Assembly: GCA_963800655.1 (NCBI GenBank)
Contig: CAWDBT010000003.1
Coordinates: forward strand, 137,008-201,007
Direction: 5' to 3'
Origin: Parachlamydiales bacterium
GTDB taxonomy: Bacteria; Chlamydiota; Chlamydiia; Chlamydiales; SM23-39
DNA length: 64,000 bases
Below the pieces are notes generated by a model. That model ran no database searches, had not been told where the DNA came from, and saw nothing but the letters and a program-made list of their open reading frames with translations. The position numbers were made by a program, and so were the translations under genes. This document shows positions 47,776 through 57,151 of this stretch, piece by piece. Within the stretch, counting starts at the first letter, position 1, and each line of letters begins with the position of its first letter.

Positions 47776-48816
47776 ATGAAGATATCATTGGCGATAGCCG
47801 CTGGAGTGTTGATCGGTTTTGGCGGGACAATCCTAGCGGCAGATGAGGCGATGCAGCGGGAAGTTCAGTCGAGTTCCAGCCCGATTGTTCGCGATATATG
47901 CAACCTCGATTTGATTTATAACAAATCCGATGGGTATGAGTATTCGCTGCCAAGATCCGTTCTGGAAGGGTTTTTATCCGGAAAAGCTTTCGACCATCCG
48001 ATCCATTATTCAGAGGCCGAATTCTCTCAATTGCGCTTAGACATCAACGAATTATTCCAAAGTATTCTATCCCAAAAACCCGTGAGAGAAAATCTCGCCG
48101 TCATCACTGCCGGCGCTCCCGGAGCGGGGAAAACGATCAAATTGCGCCAGGATCTCGAGGAAAATAGGCGTTGTGGTAAAAACTATGCTTATCTTTGTCC
48201 AGATGACGTGTGTTTGAAAAATCAGACGAGGACCTATGTGGCCGATCTCCAAAACACAGATGGGTCGAAAGAATCCCGTCGGATGGCCTATGATAAATGG
48301 CGCCCCGGTTCCAATGCCGCGGTTCACCTTATCTTGGCGAATTTAATCCGCGAAAAATACGCATTTTATTTTGGATCGACCTCTTCAGGGCCTGGTACCG
48401 GAAAGTTTTTTGAATTTATTAAAAAACAAGGGTACCGCATCCGGTTGATTTACATCGTCGCATCGGATGATGTCCGATGGGAGTCGATTCGACAGCGGGA
48501 GAATGTTTTTATCCAGGCGACAGAAAACGACGTCAAGGAAAAAGGATTTTTACTTCCGCAGCGCATCAACGATACGTTCCTCGCTTATGCGGATGAAATC
48601 GAATTCTATTATCGAAGCGGCGTTCACGAAGATGCCAAGCTGGCTGCGAAATGGCTGCGAAATGCAGAAGATTCCGAGATGGGGATTTTAGAAGTGATTG
48701 CTTTGCCCGAATATGAACAGCTCAAAGCGATTCATAATGCGGCTGCCGATGTTTTAAAGCGGCCGGATCTCCGATGGGAAGCCTCGGTGGAAAAGCGTTC
48801 GACATTTATCCATTGA
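47776..48816 (+). CDS. Zeta-toxin-like P-loop kinase with putative signal peptide
   Basis: ITAGAPGAGKT Walker A, CPDD, KQGYRIRLIYI, SIRQR. N-terminus MKISLAIAAGVLIGFGGTILA. Confidence 0.7.
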   Translation: MKISLAIAAGVLIGFGGTILAADEAMQREVQSSSSPIVRDICNLDLIYNKSDGYEYSLPRSVLEGFLSGKAFDHPIHYSEAEFSQLRLDINELFQSILSQKPVRENLAVITAGAPGAGKTIKLRQDLEENRRCGKNYAYLCPDDVCLKNQTRTYVADLQNTDGSKESRRMAYDKWRPGSNAAVHLILANLIREKYAFYFGSTSSGPGTGKFFEFIKKQGYRIRLIYIVASDDVRWESIRQRENVFIQATENDVKEKGFLLPQRINDTFLAYADEIEFYYRSGVHEDAKLAAKWLRNAEDSEMGILEVIALPEYEQLKAIHNAAADVLKRPDLRWEASVEKRSTFIH

Positions 48817-48913
48817 GACGGTCTTTGGTCATTGAGATTTCATCTCCTTTTTCCAGATTGCCCCAGAAAGGCGAAGTAGTATAATTTGTGCACGGAATCG
48901 AGAGCGCTCTAAT

Positions 48914-49891
48914 ATGAAGATAAAGCGTACAGTAGTTGTGACAGGCGCTGCCGGAATGATTGGATCTGGAGTCGTTCGGCAGCTCAATGACCGGGGGTAT
49001 CGAGATTTATTATTAGTCGATGATTTCAAGACGAGCGACAAGTGGAAAAATTTGGTCGGGAAGACTTTTTCCGATCTCATCTCCCGCCATCGATTGATGG
49101 ATTGGCTTAAGGAAAGAGAAGCGGATATCGGAGCTGTGATCCATCTGGGCGCCTGTTCGGATACAATGGAAGCAGACGCGGATTATTTATTAGAGAACAA
49201 CTATCGGTTTACGATTCGCCTGGCAGAGTGGGCGATGTCTTGCAATAAGCGGTTCATCTATGCTTCCTCGGCGGCGACGTATGGAGATGGATCCCTCGGG
49301 TTTTCCGACGATGAGGATTCGATTCAGCATTTAAGGCCGTTGAATATGTACGGCTATTCCAAGCACTTGGTCGATCTCTGGATGAAAAAAGAAGGCGCAT
49401 TGAAAAAAGCGGTCGGGCTGAAGTATTTCAACGTATTCGGGCCCAATGAAAACCATAAGGGGCGCATGTCCTCGATGGTATATAAAATGAGCCAAAAGGC
49501 GCAAAGAGACGGAGTTGTCAGTCTATATAGATCCAGCGATCCAAAATTGCGCGACGGCGAACAATCCCGCGACTTCATCTATTTAAAAGATGCGGTGCGC
49601 ATGACCTGTGATTTTTTAGAGCATTCCGATGCAGCAGGGCTTTATAATATCGGCAGGGGAATTCCCACGACTTGGAATCAGTTGGCCGCGGCATTGTTTT
49701 TCGCTCTCGACCGCACTCGGAATATCGAATATGTCGAAATGCCAGCCGATCTTTTAAAACAATATCAAAATTACACTTGCGCAGACATGCGGAAGTTCCA
49801 TAAGATTTTTCCGAAGGCTTCGACGATGTCCATCGAGGCGGCCGTTCAAGAATACGTACGGGAGTATCTACTCGCATGCGCTCGATGGTAA
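48914..49891 (+). CDS. hldD: ADP-L-glycero-D-manno-heptose 6-epimerase
   Basis: TGAAGMIGS, HLGACSDT, YASSAATYG, PLNMYGYSK, YFNVFGPNENHKGRM. Confidence 0.93.
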   Translation: MKIKRTVVVTGAAGMIGSGVVRQLNDRGYRDLLLVDDFKTSDKWKNLVGKTFSDLISRHRLMDWLKEREADIGAVIHLGACSDTMEADADYLLENNYRFTIRLAEWAMSCNKRFIYASSAATYGDGSLGFSDDEDSIQHLRPLNMYGYSKHLVDLWMKKEGALKKAVGLKYFNVFGPNENHKGRMSSMVYKMSQKAQRDGVVSLYRSSDPKLRDGEQSRDFIYLKDAVRMTCDFLEHSDAAGLYNIGRGIPTTWNQLAAALFFALDRTRNIEYVEMPADLLKQYQNYTCADMRKFHKIFPKASTMSIEAAVQEYVREYLLACARW

Positions 49892-51237
49892 AATTAGCCG
49901 GAGCTTTAAGTCGCTTCCGGCCCATTTCAGCCCTTGTCATCGGAGATTTCATGCTCGATACGTATACGACGGGCAGAGTCAAACGTATTTCTCCGGAAGC
50001 CCCTGTGCCCGTATTGGAAGTGCAAAGCCAGCACGAACTCCCGGGAGGCGCGGGAAATGTCGTTTTGAATCTATGCGCTTTAGGAGCCAAGGTGGTCGTC
50101 GCAGGCCGTATTGGATCGGATGCGGCGGGAGAGCGCCTTAAACAATCGCTCAATCGGAGCGATATCGATTTAAGGGGTCTCTTGGAAGAGCAGGGGTATA
50201 AAACGCCTGTCAAGAATCGACTGATCGCAGATAGCCAGCAAATCCTTCGAGTCGATTCCGAAATGATCGCTCCGATTTCAGAAAGATTCGAAGAGCAGAT
50301 TTTGGCATGGATCGAAAAGGCCATCCCAGGGGTGCAAGTCATCGCCCTTTCCGATTATGCAAAAGGGTTTCTCACAAAAACGCTGATCGCCGAGGTGATC
50401 AGGCTCGCCGGACGGGCCAAAGTCCCCGTTATCGTCGATCCCAAGGGCATTGATTTTGCGAAATATCGCGGCGCAACGATTTTAAAACCGAATTTGTCGG
50501 AGGCCTATGCTGCAGTCAAGGGATCGGCCCAGGATTCCCTCGACAGGGTGGCTAAAGAAATTTTTTCGCTCGCCGAGATCGAATGGCTCTTAATCACCCG
50601 ATCCGAAGCGGGTATTTCTCTTTATAATCGAGATCTCGAGCGCCAGGATTTCCCCGTTCGATCCAAAGAAGTCAAAGATGTCACGGGAGCAGGGGATACT
50701 GTGCTCGCCATGATCAGCGCGGCGATTGCGAATCAATTGAATCTTTCCATAGCTACTCCGCTGGCAAATATCGCAGCGGGAATTGCGATCGAGCGCATCG
50801 GATGCGCTCAGGTGACGTTATCCGAAGTAGCCCGTCGGTTGCTCGAATCCGATGCGGGGACGAAGATTTTCGACGACGTCCATGCGTTTGCCTTGCATCA
50901 GGTGCTGCAGGATATCCGCTATATCTTGCTCGTGTTGGAATCCGGGCAATCGATGTCGCATGTTCTTTTCTGTGCGCTCAAGGAACTCAGCTCGCGACAA
51001 GTCGAGAGCTTCATCGTCTATGTGCGAGGCGCTTCCGCGGAAGAGGAATTAGTGCAGTTTCTCTCTTCTTTACAAGAAGTCGATTACATTCTTCTCGGAA
51101 ACGGATCGCTGCAGGATCTGTGCGGATCGATTGCCCCGCAGGAGAGCTACTACTTCGAAAACGGAAAGCTTAGAAAATATACCGATCCCCAGGCGATGCT
51201 CAAAAGTTTGTGTCTAAAGCAGAAGTCTCTTGTCTGA
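49876..51237 (+). CDS. hldE: HldE/RfaE heptose 7-phosphate kinase with degenerate C-terminal domain
   Basis: RISPEAPVPV, GGAGNV, SDYAKG, VDPKG, DVTGAGDT. No HxGH motif in the C-terminal part. Confidence 0.85.
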   Translation: MRSMVKLAGALSRFRPISALVIGDFMLDTYTTGRVKRISPEAPVPVLEVQSQHELPGGAGNVVLNLCALGAKVVVAGRIGSDAAGERLKQSLNRSDIDLRGLLEEQGYKTPVKNRLIADSQQILRVDSEMIAPISERFEEQILAWIEKAIPGVQVIALSDYAKGFLTKTLIAEVIRLAGRAKVPVIVDPKGIDFAKYRGATILKPNLSEAYAAVKGSAQDSLDRVAKEIFSLAEIEWLLITRSEAGISLYNRDLERQDFPVRSKEVKDVTGAGDTVLAMISAAIANQLNLSIATPLANIAAGIAIERIGCAQVTLSEVARRLLESDAGTKIFDDVHAFALHQVLQDIRYILLVLESGQSMSHVLFCALKELSSRQVESFIVYVRGASAEEELVQFLSSLQEVDYILLGNGSLQDLCGSIAPQESYYFENGKLRKYTDPQAMLKSLCLKQKSLV

Positions 51238-52375
51238 TCGATTCCGGAAGGTTTCTTTTCATAGAGTGATAAGAGGGTCCCGCTTCTTCAATCACCGCTC
51301 CTCCTAAGCAAATGTCTCCCAGGTAGAATACGACCGATTGCCCAGGGGCGATCGCTCGCTGCGGCGAGGAAAATCGAACGTGGAGGCGTCCCGATTCCAG
51401 GCGGGAGACGGAGCAGGGAGCGTCCGTCTGGCGATAGCGGATTTTTGCGCTGCAGGCGAGGGGAAACGCCGGCAAAGAGATCCACGAAGCCTCTTTTGCT
51501 ACGAGTTCATCCGCATATAAGGCGGGATGGGCAGCTCCTCTTTCGACGAAAACGATATTTGCTTCGGGATCTTTTTTGACGACGAACCATGCTTCGCCTT
51601 CTCCGCCAAGTCCCAGGCCTTTTCTTTGTCCGGGAGTGTAGTAAGCGGTTCCATCATGCCTGCCGACAATTGTGCCGTCGAGAGTCATGAGATGTCCTGT
51701 TTGAAACCCGAGAAACTGGCTTAAGAATTGCTTGAAATTTCTTTCCCCGATAAAGCAGATGCCCGTGCTGTCTTTTTTTTCCGAAGTCGGAAGATTAGCC
51801 ATCCGCGCGATCGCGCGTACCTCTTTTTTATGGAGATGCCCTACGGGAAAAAGCGTCTTGCGCAAGGCTTTTTCATCGATGGCGGATAGGAAATAGCTTT
51901 GATCTTTTTGAGGATCGGAGCCTTTCAAAAGCAAAGAGGAATCCGGGGGAAGATCCAAGAGCTGGGGATGGGAGAGTTTGTCCGCATTTTCTGTGCGGCA
52001 ATAATGGCCCGTGGCCAGAAAATCCGCTCCGAGTTCCAGCGCCTTGTGCATGAGCGCTTTGAATTTGATTTCTCGATTGCATAGGATGTCGGGATTGGGG
52101 GTCAGCCCCAAACGGCAATCGGCGAGAAATCGCTCGAATACCCCTTGGCGATATTCCTTGACGAAGTTAATCGGATAATAGGGAACCTGGATCCTTTCGC
52201 AGACAGAGGCGGCATCGTCGAAGTCCCGAGAGGCCATGCAAACTCCCTGGCCATCGGCTTCTTCCCAGTTTTTCATGAAGAAAGCAATCACTTCGTAACC
52301 CGCCTCTTTCAGCAAAAACGCGGATACGGAGGAATCGACTCCGCCGGAGAGCCCGACGACAACAGTTTTTTTCAT
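51200..52375 (-). CDS. mnmA: tRNA 2-thiouridylase
   Basis: SGGVDS, TPNPDILCN, ATGHY, KDQSYFL, DSTGICFIG, PGQ. Confidence 0.97.
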   Translation of the reverse strand: MKKTVVVGLSGGVDSSVSAFLLKEAGYEVIAFFMKNWEEADGQGVCMASRDFDDAASVCERIQVPYYPINFVKEYRQGVFERFLADCRLGLTPNPDILCNREIKFKALMHKALELGADFLATGHYCRTENADKLSHPQLLDLPPDSSLLLKGSDPQKDQSYFLSAIDEKALRKTLFPVGHLHKKEVRAIARMANLPTSEKKDSTGICFIGERNFKQFLSQFLGFQTGHLMTLDGTIVGRHDGTAYYTPGQRKGLGLGGEGEAWFVVKKDPEANIVFVERGAAHPALYADELVAKEASWISLPAFPLACSAKIRYRQTDAPCSVSRLESGRLHVRFSSPQRAIAPGQSVVFYLGDICLGGAVIEEAGPSYHSMKRNLPESIRQETSALDTNF

Positions 52376-52577
52376 AGCGTTAACGAATCGATCGGAGTGC
52401 GTTGAAAAACAAATGTAATGTTAAATATTTCAATCGCATCCAATTCCTGGATTAAATTCAGTCCAGGAGTATAGCAGATTCAAAGCTCGAAGAAAAGGCG
52501 CCTCTATAACAGCTCTCGAAGAAGCCTTTTCGCAATCTTCACCAGGGTTTTTAACATCCCTGCCAAGCGGGTTAGTA

Positions 52578-53492
52578 TCAGTGGGACTTCTTCAGCCGCT
52601 CGATGCGTTCTTCCAATGGAGGGTGGGTTGCAAAGAAACGAAGCAATCCTTTTTTTGAATGCGTCGAGATCTTAAAGGCCGCAAAAGCTGGGTTTTCTGC
52701 CTTGGGATCGCGGATTTCCTGCATGACCCGGAGGGTATTGAGAGCCGAGATCATGTTGTCTTTGCCGGCGAGCTTGGCTCCGCCCGCATCAGCTCTGAAT
52801 TCTCGATAGCGCGAATAGGCGGCGATGAGGATCGACCCGAGGATCATAAAGATAATTTCAAACAAGAAGACGAGGAGCATATAGCTCGATCGGGATCCGA
52901 GAGAACTGCTGCTTTCGCGGTTGCTGCGGCCCATTCCCGAAAAAGCCAATGCGAGCACTCGAGCCAAGAACATGACAAATGCGTTGACGACCCCTTGGAG
53001 GAGGGTCATGGTAATCATATCTCCATTTGCAATGTGGGCGATTTCATGGCCTAAAATGGCTTCGACTTCCGTTTCCTTCATCCGGCGAAGAAGGCCAGAA
53101 GAGACAGCGACAATAGAACGCGACTGGGTGGGTCCTGTAGCGAATGCGTTGACTTCGTTTGATTCGTAGACGCCCACTTCTGGAACCGGGATCTGCGAGG
53201 CTTTCGCGAGTCTATGAACAACGCTCAAAAGTTCCTGGAGGTCTGGATCCTGTGTATTTGGGGAGATGACCCGAACGCCCATCATCCATTTCGCCATAAT
53301 CCGCGATAAGGAGAGGGAAATGAGGGCGCCTCCCATGCCCCAGGCGAAACAAAAGACGAGCAGGGATCGGTAATCGACCCCGTACTCGGATAAAAAAGGC
53401 TTGACGTTGAACAGATTCAGGATGAACGAAATCGCCAGGACGACGAGGAAGTTCAGCGCCAGAAAGAGGAAAATTCTTTTTACAAAGGCCAT
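52578..53492 (-). CDS. htpX: Membrane zinc protease HtpX
   Basis: NAFATG, HEIAHIANGD, REFRADA, THPPLEERI. Confidence 0.95.
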   Translation of the reverse strand: MAFVKRIFLFLALNFLVVLAISFILNLFNVKPFLSEYGVDYRSLLVFCFAWGMGGALISLSLSRIMAKWMMGVRVISPNTQDPDLQELLSVVHRLAKASQIPVPEVGVYESNEVNAFATGPTQSRSIVAVSSGLLRRMKETEVEAILGHEIAHIANGDMITMTLLQGVVNAFVMFLARVLALAFSGMGRSNRESSSSLGSRSSYMLLVFLFEIIFMILGSILIAAYSRYREFRADAGGAKLAGKDNMISALNTLRVMQEIRDPKAENPAFAAFKISTHSKKGLLRFFATHPPLEERIERLKKSH

Positions 53493-53692
53493 AGAGTTCG
53501 CTCCATTCGAAAGCCCTTCATTAAATCGCGCAGTCTGTTATGTGTCAAGAACCTCTGCGCTAAAAATGGAGAAGCACATTTCCGGCTGGATGGAAAGAAG
53601 CCTCGAGCGCAAGGGAGCCTTGCGGAAAATGGCTTGTTATGTCATCTATGCTCCCAAAGTAAACGCGCAAAATTCAGAAGAAGGGGGGATGG

Positions 53693-53947
53693 ATGTCGAA
53701 AGCGGGGAATAAGTCAAAAGATGTTAAAGTCGAGAACTTCAAAATTCCGCTGCTTGAGAAAATCAAAAGCGAGCTCGCCGATCGCTATGCTTGCTATGTC
53801 CTGATCACTTGCGGCGAGGCGGGCTCGGATGGGAGCATGCAGGTGGAAATGTCTTACGAAGGAGATGAGGTATTGGCCTCTTATCTCGTGGAAAATGCCC
53901 AGCAGATCTTTCATCGCCAGGAGCAAATGCGCAAACCCATGAAGTAA
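53693..53947 (+). CDS. Small hypothetical protein
   Basis: G-rich RBS, CYVLITC...MQVEMSYEGD.LASYL. Confidence 0.65.
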   Translation: MSKAGNKSKDVKVENFKIPLLEKIKSELADRYACYVLITCGEAGSDGSMQVEMSYEGDEVLASYLVENAQQIFHRQEQMRKPMK

Positions 53948-54191
53948 TACCATTTATCATAAATATTTTGTATTTCGGCCACGTCAAAACCCCGCGGTTT
54001 TACGATCGAAAACCCTCGTGAATTTTTCACGTTAGCCAAATGCAAGATTATTTATGACAAACGGTATGAGTTTGCTGACCCAAAAGAACCCAAAAACGAC
54101 TGAAGCCCCTCTTTATAGATACCCTCTCAAAAGCTTGCATCCAACAGACCTTTTTAATTATGATCGCGGCGATGCATCGCGAGGTTTGTTT

Positions 54192-55562
54192 ATGAAGGAG
54201 ATTCGATCCTGGATCGAAGATCGATTCCCAAGTTTGCGCAGGGATTTGTTTTCATTTTTAAAATTTAAGACGATCAGCACGGATTCTTCCCATAAGCACG
54301 ACTGCATTTCCTGCGCTGAATGGTTGCGCGGATATCTGGCGGCGTTGCAATTCGATGCGAAAACGATCCCTACGTCGACGCTTCCGATCGTCTATGCGGA
54401 GGATTTGCGAGCCGGGCCGAACGCTCCTACGCTGCTCATTTATGGACACTACGATGTGCAGCCGGTCGATCCCATCGGAGAATGGCATAGCGATCCCTTC
54501 GATCCGGTCGAAAAAGACGGAGTCGTTTATGCGAGGGGCGCCGTCGACGACAAGGGGCAGATTTTCTACGCGGTCGCAGCGCTCAAAGCGATGCGGGAAC
54601 TCGGCCGCAAATTGTCCGTGAACCTGAAGTTTTGCATCGAGGGAGAGGAAGAATGCGGCAGCCAAGGGCTGAAGGAATCTTTGGGATCCCTTAAGGAATT
54701 GCTGCGCGCCGATTACCTCCTGGTCGTCGATTTCGATCTCGCGGATAGCCACACGGGAGCCGTCAATCTCGGCGCGAGAGGGCTTGCGACCTTCGAGGTG
54801 GTGTTGCGGGGGGCGAATTTAGATCTCCATTCAGGGATGTACGGCGGACTCGCCTATAATCCGAATCGGGCCTTGGCCGAACTCCTCGCGTGCTGCTGGG
54901 ACAAAAATGGCAAAGTGCGAGTGCCGCATTTTTACGACAAAGTCGCCAAATATTCGAAAAAAGAAAAAAGCGCGTTTGCCAAAGCGCTAAAAAAGCAAAC
55001 GGAGCAAATGGCAAAAGATGCAGGGATCTCTGCTTTTGCATCTGGAAAAAGAACGGCTTTCTATGAAGCTGTTTGTTTGCTGCCGACCCTTGAAATCAAT
55101 GGAATTGCAGGGGGATATGCCGGAGAGGGGTTTAAAACCGTAATCCCAAAGGAAGCTCGCGCCAAGATTTCATGCAGGCTCGTCCCCGACCAAGATCCCG
55201 AGGAAATCGTTTGTCTTGTTGCAGATTTTCTACGCAAAAATGTAAAACAGGGAATGGGGATCGAAATTCTCGCCGGCCATGGCGGGCATCCCTATCGGGG
55301 CAAGTCCGACTCGGCTTTGGCCGCAGCGCTTGCAAAGGCATATGAAGATGCCCTAGGAACTAAGAGCGTCAAAACTTTATCCGGGGGATCGATCCCGGTG
55401 GTTGCCGACCTCATGCGGGCATCAGGGGCGGAAGCCGTTGGAATGGGGTATGGATTGCCGACGGATCAGATCCACGCGCCGAATGAACATTTCGGGCTGG
55501 ATCGGTTTAAAAAAGGGATTGAGACTATAGTGCGGACAATCGAGCATTTAAAAGGGGCATAA
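54192..55562 (+). CDS. M20 family dipeptidase
   Basis: YGHYDVQP, ARGAVDDKGQ, EGEEE, DLHSG, HAPNE. GAGG RBS before ATG 54192. Confidence 0.92.
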   Translation: MKEIRSWIEDRFPSLRRDLFSFLKFKTISTDSSHKHDCISCAEWLRGYLAALQFDAKTIPTSTLPIVYAEDLRAGPNAPTLLIYGHYDVQPVDPIGEWHSDPFDPVEKDGVVYARGAVDDKGQIFYAVAALKAMRELGRKLSVNLKFCIEGEEECGSQGLKESLGSLKELLRADYLLVVDFDLADSHTGAVNLGARGLATFEVVLRGANLDLHSGMYGGLAYNPNRALAELLACCWDKNGKVRVPHFYDKVAKYSKKEKSAFAKALKKQTEQMAKDAGISAFASGKRTAFYEAVCLLPTLEINGIAGGYAGEGFKTVIPKEARAKISCRLVPDQDPEEIVCLVADFLRKNVKQGMGIEILAGHGGHPYRGKSDSALAAALAKAYEDALGTKSVKTLSGGSIPVVADLMRASGAEAVGMGYGLPTDQIHAPNEHFGLDRFKKGIETIVRTIEHLKGA

Positions 55563-57151
55563 TGGCAGCGAGCGAACGGATTGCGAAGCTGTTTCAGACA
55601 GAAGAGGAAGAGCGATGGATCGACGATTCCGTTTGGATTTCGGTCGGCCTCGTGTTTCTTTTCTGCACGATTTGTTTGGCTTTTCAAAGGCCCGGCAATC
55701 TGGATCTGGCTCTTCTTGCGCCACTGGGTTTTGTTTGCTGCCTCAAAGGGCGTCTGCGGGGATTTATTTATGCATCGGCGCTTTTGGGATTAACCGCCGT
55801 TTGCAAGCATTTACTGTTTCTCGACGCCCATCTTTGGCAGCTCGGTCTCGAAACGTCTGTCGAATTGGGTTTTTGCGTGATCAGCCTCAGCGCGGGCATG
55901 CGCCAGGTTCGCGACGAACAGGCCAAGTGCATGGCGAAAAGCCAGGAGCAGACCATCCGCAATCTCGAGGAGGAGATCGCGAAAGCCGCTCAGGAAGTCC
56001 AGGGAGAAAAGCTCGCTTTGCAAACCCGCTTGAACGCCCTTCAAAAAGATCTGGACGAAGTTTCATCCGAGTGTTTTTCCCTGCAGATTCTAAATGAAGT
56101 GCTGAGAAAATCAGCCGCGGAAGGGGTGAAAGAGCGCGAGGCGATTGCAAAAGAAATCGAAAGCAAGGATGAGCGGATTTCGGAATTGCTATCTGAGATT
56201 CGCCATTGGGCTCGGTTGCCTCGGCAGGCCGATCTCATCGCTGAGAATGAAAAGTTTGCAAAAGAGCTTTCCGAAAAAGCGCAAGAAATATTCCAATCGG
56301 CCGAAGCTCGCAAAGCTTTGGAAGAGGAATGCGCCCAGGGACGAGAAGCAAATATCCGGCTTCAAGAGCAGCTCAAAGCTCTTGGCGCCGAACTGGCCCT
56401 AAATCAGGCGGAATTCACAAAGCTTGCTGCAAATGCGGATGCCCTTCGCCAAGAGCGGGCGTCTCTAACGCAGCAGAAGCTCGATTTGGAAAGAGAATTA
56501 GATGCGGTTCGGCAGAGCCTTCAGGAGAGATCCGCTGCGCTGGCCATAGAAAAAGAGAAGGCGGAGCAGTCCTGCGAGGAATTCGAGCGCATCAATCGAA
56601 TGCTGGTTCAAGAAAAGAAAGACTTAGAGGAAAAGGCTCTTTCTCTCGAGGGGCGTTTAACTGCATCGATCGAGCAGATCGGGCGCCTTCAAGACTCCTT
56701 GAAATCCGCAGAAGAAAAAGCGGGTTCAAAAAGCAATGCTTCTGCAGCGCTTTTGGCTCAGATGGCAGACAAAGAGAAGAAAATCGAGGAGCTTCAGGAG
56801 CGTTTGCGCGCTTTGGCGCAAAGCCAGGCGATGTATTTCGAATTGCGCAAGCAATTCGAAGAAAAAGGGGGAGTTCTCCATCAAACGCGCTCGGAGCTTT
56901 TCCGTGCGGAAACCTCTTTGCAGGCATTGCAGCTCGATCGACAGCGCAAAGCTCAAGAAGTGCCTGCTCTCGAGCAGATCCTCGCAGAGGAGCTTTCGCG
57001 CCTCGCAGAGGAACACGCAGATCTAGAAGCGGAGAATGAGCATCTTTTCGAACTCATCGGGGTATTGTCCAGCTCTGCCGAGAAGCCCGCGCCCAAGCCC
57101 AGAAAAAAAAAAGTGATCGCGAAACGCTCTGAGGGAGAGCTGCTATTTTGA
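55562..57151 (+). CDS. Membrane-anchored long coiled-coil protein
   Basis: About 4 N-terminal hydrophobic segments followed by about 400 aa of E/K/Q/L/A heptads. Confidence 0.8.
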   Translation: MAASERIAKLFQTEEEERWIDDSVWISVGLVFLFCTICLAFQRPGNLDLALLAPLGFVCCLKGRLRGFIYASALLGLTAVCKHLLFLDAHLWQLGLETSVELGFCVISLSAGMRQVRDEQAKCMAKSQEQTIRNLEEEIAKAAQEVQGEKLALQTRLNALQKDLDEVSSECFSLQILNEVLRKSAAEGVKEREAIAKEIESKDERISELLSEIRHWARLPRQADLIAENEKFAKELSEKAQEIFQSAEARKALEEECAQGREANIRLQEQLKALGAELALNQAEFTKLAANADALRQERASLTQQKLDLERELDAVRQSLQERSAALAIEKEKAEQSCEEFERINRMLVQEKKDLEEKALSLEGRLTASIEQIGRLQDSLKSAEEKAGSKSNASAALLAQMADKEKKIEELQERLRALAQSQAMYFELRKQFEEKGGVLHQTRSELFRAETSLQALQLDRQRKAQEVPALEQILAEELSRLAEEHADLEAENEHLFELIGVLSSSAEKPAPKPRKKKVIAKRSEGELLF

